A stretch of 64,000 bases of DNA from an uncultured Holophagales bacterium. GTDB taxonomy: Bacteria > Acidobacteriota > Thermoanaerobaculia > Multivoradales > UBA5704. Shown in pieces: positions 30,240 to 38,123 of this stretch (the first letter of the stretch is position 1; each line of letters opens with the position of its first letter). The position numbers were made by a program, and so were the translations under genes. The notes under the pieces are model-generated. The model was not told the origin of the DNA and did not search any database. It saw nothing but the letters and a program-made list of their open reading frames with translations. Where the stretch lies: the NCBI GenBank assembly GCA_963842525.1, contig CAWJGT010000004.1, forward strand, positions 192,001 through 256,000. The letters run 5' to 3'.

Positions 30240-30810
30240 CGCCGAGGAGTACGCGTTGGAGTTCCGTGCTGAACTGGATCTAGAAGATGACGCACCGCTC
30301 TCCCCTCGGCGGCTCGCCGAACATCTAGCCATTCCGGTTTACCCCTTGAGCTTGCACCGGAAGAATATCCCGGAGGCAGTCAACTGCCTCTTCGGGATCG
30401 AACGGCATGCCTTCTCGGCAGCCACAGTTTTCGACGGTTGCCGTAGAGCGATCATCTATAACGACGGCAACAGCCCGAATCGCCAGACGAGCGATATTGC
30501 GCACGAGTTGGCACATGGAATCCTTGGACACCCGCTGTGTCCACTCCTTTCAGAGGAAGGATGCCGCAACTTTGATCCTGAGTTGGAAGCTGAGGCGGAC
30601 TGGCTTGGCCCCACTCTTTTGGTGTCAAGACCTGCTGCGCTGCGGATCGCGTGGCGGGGACTGACGGTACCGCAAGCAGCGTTGGAATACGAAGTAAGCG
30701 AAGCCGTTGTTCAAATGCGTCTCAACTTAACCGGCGCACTTCGAGTGGTCAATCGGACGCTGGCGCGACGATCGGACGCCCGATTCAGGCAGTCGGCCGG
30801 TCGTCGCTAA
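30202..30810 (+). CDS. ImmA/IrrE family metallopeptidase
   Basis: RRGFK, RQTSDIAHELAH (HExxH), EAEADWLG. Confidence 0.9.
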   Translation: MPRALLRRGFKTDAEEYALEFRAELDLEDDAPLSPRRLAEHLAIPVYPLSLHRKNIPEAVNCLFGIERHAFSAATVFDGCRRAIIYNDGNSPNRQTSDIAHELAHGILGHPLCPLLSEEGCRNFDPELEAEADWLGPTLLVSRPAALRIAWRGLTVPQAALEYEVSEAVVQMRLNLTGALRVVNRTLARRSDARFRQSAGRR

Positions 30811-30856
30811 CTGCCCTCTGCCTCAAGTCCTCGCTTCCTGCCAAACGGGCTGGTCG

Positions 30857-31195
30857 CTACAACTCTTTCACGTACTTCTCAAAGAGACGGAATACCGCGG
30901 CCACGGTCGCCGCAGCTTGCCCGCCTCCCATGCCCAGATCGTCGTCGGGTCAAGGCCGAGCCTCCGGCCAAGCTCCTGCTGGCTTATCCCCTGCCGCTGC
31001 CGTGTCCTCTTGATGCGCTCTCCCAAAGAGGCGGCCGGATTTGCCTCTACCGGGTCGTACCCGAGGAAGTCGATGATGGCGGGAAAGAAGCGTAGCTCCG
31101 GCTCGCTCCTTCCCCTCTCCCAGTTGCAGAGCGTCCCGTGCTTGCCCCGAGCCTTGGAGCCACGTCCCGCTGAAGCAGTCGAAGGTCAAACGAGG
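30857..31195 (-). pseudogene. Tandem XRE-HTH regulator, decayed (not in ORF track)
   Basis: LLQRDVAPRLG/GTLCNWERGRSEPELRFFPAIIDFLGYDP...LGERIKRTRQRQGISQQELGRRLGLDPTTIWAWEAG; two frameshifts, no start. Confidence 0.75.
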
Positions 31196-31489
31196 AGGCA
31201 GGGACTCTTTCCGAGATTGCCCTCGGGCTCAAGATCGGGATGCCCGGTCGTCTATCTCAAGGCCTGGGAATTCCTCCATGCCCAGCCCGCCTTCACCGCA
31301 GACTGGGCCTCTGCTCCGGAAGAGGCGGTGGAGATCGTTTTCCGGAGGATCGGTGCCGAGCCGGGCGCTCTCCTTGACCGGCCTCTCCGCTATCCCGCTC
31401 TGACTGATCAGACGGACCAACGGAGGACTCTCGAAGACTCTCTGGCAAGTCCTAACCAGCGAACAAGATCGGCCGGCTGGTGATCCGAG

Positions 31490-31619
31490 CCCGTCGTGTC
31501 ATCCTGAGCGCAGCGAAGGATCTGGGCGGTGGAAACGGCCGGAGTCCAAGACCAGAGCGGGCTCGCGGGCGGCCTCCTTCCCCCAGATCCTTCGCTTCCG
31601 CTCAGGATGACACGACGGG
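31490..31619. repeat. Palindromic element TGTCATCCTGAGCG..GCGAAGGATCT / AGATCCTTCGC..CGCTCAGGATGACA
   Basis: About 37-bp inverted arms at 31490-31526 and 31582-31619. Confidence 0.9.
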
Positions 31620-31623
31620 GCCT

Positions 31624-32081
31624 CAGCGTAACGCTCCGCAAAACCAGCGTGAGCTCACGCTGGCGCAGCGTGTCGGGACGCTGGCTCAGCGTATGCTCCG
31701 CAAAACCAGCGTGAGGTCACGCTGGCGCAGCGTGTCGGGACACTGGTCCAGCGTACGCTCCGCAAACCCAGCGTGAGCTCACGCTGGCGCAGCGTGTCGG
31801 GACGCTGGCCCAGCGTACGCTCCGCAAAACCAGCGTGAGCTCACGCTGGCGCAGCGTGTCGGGACGCTGGCCCAGCGTACGCTCCGCAAAACCAGCGTGA
31901 GCTCACGCTGGCGCAGCGTGTCGGGACACTGGCCCAGCGTCCGCTCCGCAAAACCAGCGTGAGCTCACGCTGGCGCAGCGTGTCGGGACACTGGCCCAGC
32001 GTACGCTCCGCAAAACCAGCGTGAGCTCACGCTGGAGCAGCGTGTCGGGACACTGGCTCAGCGTACGCTCCGCAAAACCAG
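31624..32081. repeat. 62-bp tandem repeat, about 7.4 copies, built from three palindromic CAGCGT subunits
   Basis: CTCCGCAAA recurs at 31634, 31696, 31758, 31820, 31882, 31944, 32006, 32068. Confidence 0.97.
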
Positions 32082-32110
32082 TGCGACAGCCGCCGGCTAC
32101 AATCCCTATC

Positions 32111-32974
32111 ATGCGCAGGCTTCTGATCCTCCTCCTCCTCCTCTGGCCCGCCCTCGCCGCGGCGCAGGCCGACCCGACGTCGCGTTCCTGGAACCAGCCC
32201 GTCGAGCCCTTCCGGATCGCCGGCAACCTCTACTATGTAGGTGCAAGCGACATCACCTCCTACCTCATCGCGACGCCGGAGGGGCACATCCTCCTCGACA
32301 GCGGCTTCGAAGAGACGGTGCCGCTGATCCGCGAGAGCGTGAAAAAGCTCGGGTTCCGGCTGGAGGATGTGAAGGTCCTCTTGAACAGCCACGCCCATTA
32401 CGACCACGCCGGCGGTCTCGCCACCCTGAAGGAGCTGACCGGCGCGAAGCTGGCGGCGAGCGAGAAGGACGCCCCGCTCCTCGCCCGCGGCGGCAAGGGC
32501 GACCCGGCCCTCGGCGACACCTTCCTCTTCAAGCCCGTCCAGGCGGACCGCATCGTCAAAGATGGGGAGAAAATCACGCTCGGCGGCTCTACGCTGACCG
32601 CCCACCTCACGCCGGGCCACACGCCCGGGTGCACCTCCTGGACGATGCAGGTCGAGGACGAGGGGAAGCGCCGCGATGTGGTCTTCGTGTGCAGCACCAC
32701 CGTCCTTCCAGGCGTCAGCCTGACGGCCAACCCGAAGTACCCGGAGATCGCGAGCGACTTCGCCCATACCTTTGAGGTGCTCAAGGCCCTCCCCTGTGAC
32801 ATCTTCCTGGCCGCGCACGGCGCGTTCTTCAACCTGTCGGAGAAGAGCGAGCGCCTGCGGAAGGGGGGCGGATCGAACCCGTTCGTCGATCCCGCGGCCT
32901 ACCGGGCCTATGTGGAGCGCAAGGAGGGGGATTTCCGGAAGCAGCTTGCGGAGGAGAAGGCGAAGAAGCCGTAA
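32111..32974 (+). CDS. bla: Subclass B3 metallo-beta-lactamase
   Basis: Signal peptide, WNQPVEPFRIAGNLYYVG, SHAHYDHAGG, TPGHTPGCT, CDIFLAAHG. Confidence 0.93.
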   Translation: MRRLLILLLLLWPALAAAQADPTSRSWNQPVEPFRIAGNLYYVGASDITSYLIATPEGHILLDSGFEETVPLIRESVKKLGFRLEDVKVLLNSHAHYDHAGGLATLKELTGAKLAASEKDAPLLARGGKGDPALGDTFLFKPVQADRIVKDGEKITLGGSTLTAHLTPGHTPGCTSWTMQVEDEGKRRDVVFVCSTTVLPGVSLTANPKYPEIASDFAHTFEVLKALPCDIFLAAHGAFFNLSEKSERLRKGGGSNPFVDPAAYRAYVERKEGDFRKQLAEEKAKKP

Positions 32975-33185
32975 GAGGGTGTCTCGAAAGGTTGAGGCGG
33001 CCCAGGAAGGCCCTCACCCCCGGCCCCTCTCCCATCCGCCCTCCCTTCCCCCGGGAGAGGGGAGAAAAGCATGATCAGGAAGCTCCTGGGTGGAGGCTCC
33101 CCTCGCCCGGGCGGGTGTGAGTGCGGATGGGAGAGGGGTCGGGGGTGAGGGGCCAGGGCTCGCGCAGGAATTTCCAGACACCCTC
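32975..33185. mobile_element. 211-bp MITE with 15-bp terminal inverted repeats and TAA duplication
   Basis: GAGGGTGTCTCGAAA...TTTCCAGACACCCTC (14/15), TAA at 32972-32974 and 33186-33188, internal REP-like hairpins. Confidence 0.8.
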
Positions 33186-33200
33186 TAAGTGCTCACGGGT

Positions 33201-35192
33201 TCAACGTTGCAGCCGCAGCCCGATCCGCACCATCCGCGGCGGCCCCAGGGTCGTGAGCGGGGTCTTGCCGATCTCGTAGCGCTCGTCCGTCAGGTTCTCT
33301 CCGGCCAGGAAGGCGGTGAGCCCGTGCCCGACAGCGCGGGAGGCGACAGCGTCGAGCGTGGCGAAGCTGTCCAGCCGGAAGCGGTTCTGGTCGTCGTCGG
33401 GCTGCTCGCCGGTCCAGCGCGCCTGGAGGCCCAGCGAGGCGATCCGCGGATCGTCGAAGCGGAGCTGGAAAGTGACCTGGTGCCGTGGCACCTGGGGAAT
33501 GCGGAGTCCCACCAGGCCGGGCTCTCCCGGCGCGCTTGCCACTTTGGCGTCGGCCAGGAGATAGCCGCCGGAGAGCGTCCAGCGGTCGCCGGCGCGGGCG
33601 GTCAGCTCCGCCTCGATCCCCCGCGAACGGGTTTTCCCCAGGTTGCGCCGCTGCCGGGTGATCAGGCCCGGCGCCGTCGAGAGGGTGACATTGGCGATCG
33701 TCCGGTTGACGTCCATCCAGAAGAGCGTGCCGCGCGCAGTGAGCCTGCTACCTGATGAGGTGAAGAGGCCGCCGGTCTCGCCGCCGGCCAGCCGCTCGGC
33801 CCGCAGCTCCTCGTTGGCCAGGGTCAGCACGTCGCCGACCCGGAAGGCGCGGTAGAGCTCGTTGAGGGTGGGAGCCCGGAAGCCGCGGTACGCCGAGGCG
33901 GTCCAGGCCCAGCGGTCGGTGGCCTGGAAGAGGAGGGAGGCCCGGGGGCTGAACGCGGACTCTTCGCGCTCGGGACGCTGCCCTCCGGCGTTGCGCCAGA
34001 GGTCGAACCGCCCGCCCACGGTGAAAGACAGGCGTGGCGTGGCGCGGACCACGTCCTCCAGATAGGAGCCCGCGGCCCGTTGCTCTCCACCGGCCGAAGT
34101 GAAGGTCGAGCCGCCGGTCGCCGTGAACGCGGTCTCGTCGCTCGACCCCTGCACCTCGCGCAGATCGAGCCCAACGACCAGCGCGTGCAGCGCGTGCCGG
34201 TCTCCGAAAGGATGCGACGCCTGGACGCTGCCGCCCAGCGACTCGGCCGGAACGTGCTGGTCCCGGATCAACCGCTCGCTCGCCCGGTCGCCCGCCACGG
34301 CCGTAAAGGTCTGATGGAAGTCCTGGTCGGAGCCATAGGCCCGGACAGCGAGGGAGCCTCCGCCCAGGGGGCGGTCGAGCCCCGCGCTCCACTGGCGGAC
34401 CTCGGTGTCGTTGTCCTGGAGCCGGGTGCCGTTGTCCCGCGTTTCGTCGAAGATGGAGCCGCGGACGAACGCCCGTCCTCCTTCCTGGCTTCGGTGCTCC
34501 ACGGTGGCGTCGGCCGTGGTGTGGCGCGAGGCGACCGGTGTGTCGACGGGGCCGCGCTCGGCCGGGTCGATCTGGACATAGCCGTCCGTGCTGAACCCTT
34601 CGGCGGCGAGGCGCGCGCCCCAGGACCCCCAGTCGTGCGCGGCGAAGAGAGAAGCCTCGGGAGTCTCGAGCTCGCCGTACGACGCCTCGGCAACCAGGCG
34701 CGGCCCGCGAGCGCCATGGGTGAGGAGCTGGACCACGCCGCCCAGGGCCGCGCTACCGTAGAGGTCCGAGCCGGCGCCCCGCAGCACCTCGATGCGTTCG
34801 AGCGAGGCCCGCGGCACCCGTCCCCAATAGATCCATCCGCCGAAAGGATCGTTGAGCGGGATGCCGTCGGCGAGGACGAGCGCCCGGCTCGCTCCGCTCG
34901 CTCCCAGGCCCCGCAGCGAAACGCCCTGGGAGGTCGGATTGGCGAAGCGGCTGCCCGAGCGCCGGAACAGGCTGAACCCCGGCACCTGGCGCAGGGCATC
35001 GTCCACGGTCGGAGCCGCGGTCGCCGCGAGCTCCTCGGACGAGAGGACCACCACGCTGGCCGGCGTCTCGCCCAGCCGCCGCTCGGTCCGGGTGGCGGTG
35101 ACGGTCAGCTCTTCGGCGACCGTTGGCAGGGGAGCTTGGGGAGGTGGGTCGGCCGGCGCGAAGGACAGCAGGAGAGCTACGAAGACCGTCAA
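33201..35192 (-). CDS. TonB-dependent receptor
   Basis: TonB box ELTVTATR, plug LERIEVLRGAGSDLYGSAALGGVV, FRAPTLNELYR, GENLTDERY; TTG start after SD GGAGAGG. Confidence 0.9.
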   Translation of the reverse strand: MTVFVALLLSFAPADPPPQAPLPTVAEELTVTATRTERRLGETPASVVVLSSEELAATAAPTVDDALRQVPGFSLFRRSGSRFANPTSQGVSLRGLGASGASRALVLADGIPLNDPFGGWIYWGRVPRASLERIEVLRGAGSDLYGSAALGGVVQLLTHGARGPRLVAEASYGELETPEASLFAAHDWGSWGARLAAEGFSTDGYVQIDPAERGPVDTPVASRHTTADATVEHRSQEGGRAFVRGSIFDETRDNGTRLQDNDTEVRQWSAGLDRPLGGGSLAVRAYGSDQDFHQTFTAVAGDRASERLIRDQHVPAESLGGSVQASHPFGDRHALHALVVGLDLREVQGSSDETAFTATGGSTFTSAGGEQRAAGSYLEDVVRATPRLSFTVGGRFDLWRNAGGQRPEREESAFSPRASLLFQATDRWAWTASAYRGFRAPTLNELYRAFRVGDVLTLANEELRAERLAGGETGGLFTSSGSRLTARGTLFWMDVNRTIANVTLSTAPGLITRQRRNLGKTRSRGIEAELTARAGDRWTLSGGYLLADAKVASAPGEPGLVGLRIPQVPRHQVTFQLRFDDPRIASLGLQARWTGEQPDDDQNRFRLDSFATLDAVASRAVGHGLTAFLAGENLTDERYEIGKTPLTTLGPPRMVRIGLRLQR

Positions 35193-35877
35193 CGTTGCCC
35201 CTCTCCAGGCAATCCCGCCAGCTTCGCATCGAGCTCCGTGACAAGCCGCTCGATCGCATGCGCAGCCGTGCGGCCGATCTTCAGGTTGCGGGGCAGCTTG
35301 TGGCCGGGCTGGACGCGCCAGATCTCGCCATGCAGACGCGCGAACTCCTCGTCCACCAGGCCGCCGTTGTAGACGTACAGGTCGCGCATGGCGAGATAGG
35401 CGTGGGCCTGGCGGCCGGCGTCCGGATCGAGCTCGATGCCGGTCGCCTCGAGGATCCGGCCCACGAGCTCGTCCGCGCCGTCTCTTCCCTTCGAACCGCT
35501 GGACGATCTGCTCCCAGGAGACTCCGTTTTCCGCTCCCCCGGTGAGGGTGTGGAGAGGATGGCGCAGGTGGACATCGACCAGCACCGTGCGCAGGTACTC
35601 CAGGAAATGGACATGGAAAGCGAGGAGGGCGAGCTCCAGGTTTTCACCCCGCGAGAAGTTGCAGACCTGGCCTGCCTGCCGGGCCGGGACCTGGAGGGTC
35701 TCAGGCTTGCCGGTCACCCCAGCGCTTTGAGAAGCGGTTGCTTCGGGTCCGGGGGCGTTTCGCGGTTTCCTCGACCAGACTCAAGGCAGCGTCGACCAGC
35801 TCCAGATGCTGGAGGCTCGACCGCAGCCGCGTGCGCAACGTGCGCAGGGCCGGTGTCTCGGTATCGACTTTCGCCAC
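35189..35877 (-). CDS. HEPN-like helical protein, split by about three frameshifts
   Basis: Reconstructed VAKVDTETPALRTLR...ENLELALLAFHVHFLEYL...AYLAMRDLYVYNGGLVD; RxxxxH motif appears as RDLYVY. Confidence 0.45.
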
Positions 35878-35896
35878 GGGGCGCTCAAGCCTCTGT

Positions 35897-36890
35897 TCAG
35901 TCTTGAAGGCTGCCGAACAGGGTCCCTGAGCCGGCGGCGACGCGACGGCCAGTGCTTTGAAGCCGCGGTAGCAGTCCAGAACCGCCTCACTGTAGCCGCC
36001 AATGGCGCCGTCGGCAGGCCGCAGGAGGAACATGGGCTTGCGGGCGTCCCTGGCTAGCGCCAGAAGACTGCGGTAGCTCTTGAGGGTAGCCAGGTGGTAG
36101 GGATCTGCGTCCGGCAAAGGCGCATCGTTGCGTTGTCCAAGGATCTCGCGATGAAAGGCGGCGGGAATCCGCTCGATCCAGCGCTGAGATTTTTTCCCGG
36201 GGCGATCGGAAAAAACGACATAGCCGATCGATCGCATTTCGCCGAAGGGGCTCGACAGATCCATCGAGACGTCTTCCAACCGCGCCTTCCAGCCATGGCG
36301 CCACTCGGAGAGCGTGGGGCCAATCGTTTGCAGGCTCTGGAGCGAGTAGAAGTCGGCTTCCAGCGGCATCACGATCGCATCGCAAGCGACCAAGGCTGCT
36401 CTGGTGAGCCCATCCAGGCTCGCTCCACAGTCGATCAGCACGAGCTCGGCATTGCGAGCCCGTGCCGCCCGTTCGGCGGCCTGGTAGAACGCGGTCATGA
36501 GGCGGAATGCTTCAGAGCTGCCGAGCTCGGTCTTCCCACTGGCAACGAGCCCAGGCCTCGGCGAAACGTTCCTCGAACCGGCCCAGAGCGAGATTTCCTG
36601 GTAGCAGAGCCAAGCGGTCACCAACGACCTGCAATTCCGGCTCGGCGAGATCGCCCAGAGGTTCGAGCAGGGGTTGGATCACCTCGACGACGGTCCGGGG
36701 GCCGCTCCCGCCGAGCCATGAATCCACCAGAGCCTCCTCTTCCAGGAAGGAGGCTGTCAGATCTGCCTGCGGATCGAGATCCATCGCCACGACGCTGATC
36801 CCGAGACTCCTGATACATCCAGGCGAGGTTGTACACGAGGGTGGTCTTGCCAACACCTGCCTTGTTGTTGAAAAACGCCACCGCCTTCAT
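35897..36890 (-). CDS. ParA/Soj-like ATPase, three frameshifts (near 36806, 36535, 35950)
   Basis: FFNNKAGVGKTT, DLDPQADLT, LIDCGASL, ARKPMFLLRPADGAIG. Confidence 0.85.
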
Positions 36891-38072
36891 GGCCGTCTCG
36901 GAACCCTGACCAGGAAGTGATTGGAGCCGATCTCGAAAGCCGGCGGCGGCGAGTCATTTCGCGTGAGCTCGGCTTGGGCGATGGCAATTCCCCGCCCGTA
37001 CCGGTTGACGAAGCCAAGGGTCTTCGCCGCTTCGGCGAGGACTGGATTTCGGTAGGCGGTACCGCGGGGAAACTGTTCGAACAGTAAGGTCACCAAAGAG
37101 CCCGCCCGGGCTGAGGATCTCGATCCGATCCTCGAAGTGGTTGACCAGGATCGGAGTGTTCGAACCGTCATAGCTTCGGTGGATCACGGCATTGACGAAC
37201 AGCTCATGCAGGGCGCGCGGCGGATAGTCGTAGATCATGCGCTCCGACAGGCCTTCGCCGGGAGCCGGGCGGGCGTCGGCAACGTCTTCGGCCAACTGAT
37301 CAAGGCCGCGGAGGACCGAGAGAAGGTCGCCCGAAAAGCGGCGGTCCCGCAAGGGCTCATCGACCTGGGTCATCCCCCCATACCGTACGTATTGGACATA
37401 GGCGCCGGGCACAAAGAAAAGAGGATCCCTGCCGAATAGGAGGACTGCTGCGTGGGTCGGGCAACCGCGCTTCAAATCAAAAAAGCGGAGAGCCGCGAGT
37501 TGCTCGGTCGTGCTCCGATTGTTTTCCTCAATGACCTCCGGAGCGACAGCGAATTGCCGATAGCCCACCAGGAAGAGGTCGAGGACGAGGTCGCCGAGCC
37601 CTGCCTCGTGGCAGGGGCGTGCATCCCAGGTGCGGGCGAGGGCCAGCCGGCGCTCCGCGAGAATCCGCTCCTCGGTCTCGCTGGCAATCGCACGCCGCGG
37701 ACCGACCCGTATCCAGATCTGGCCTTTGTAACGCACGGGCGGCAGGTCGGACGGAAGCACCTCGACCACTGCGACATCCCCTCCGGGAGCCACAAGGCGC
37801 TGCACGGCCATGGCAGGGAGCGGCTGGATGTTGCCGTCCGCCCGAATAGCCGCAAGGTTCTGCAGAAGCTGGTCCGTGATGGCGGCCCCGGACGGTACTC
37901 CGTCGTCGCGCACTCCTACGAAGAGGTAGCCGGGCTGGCGGTTTTGCGGCATATCGTTGGCGAACGCACAGATCGCCTTTGCGAATTTGTCGGTATCCGT
38001 AAGAGAGGTGGTGCGCTCGACCCGATCGGATTCCAGATCCTCCATCAGCCGCAGGGCTTCGTCGCGATCCAT
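36887..38072 (-). CDS. AlbA_2 (Schlafen-like) + HATPase_c_4 protein, frameshift near 37077
   Basis: ESDRVER, AICAFAND, LFVGVRDDG; ALHELFVNAVIHRSY, EILSPGGL, YRNPVLAEA...GFVNRYGRGI. Confidence 0.85.
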
Positions 38073-38123
38073 GGGCTGAGCCTAACATGCCCTATTCACC
38101 CTCCCGCGGATGTCGAACCAGCG

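Noticed and set aside
30917-31483. 188-aa plus-strand ORF
   Set aside because: Front half is antisense to the HTH pseudogene; the remainder has no recognisable start or motif
31624-32081. CRISPR array
   Set aside because: No unique spacers; whole units repeat, and no cas genes are in the window
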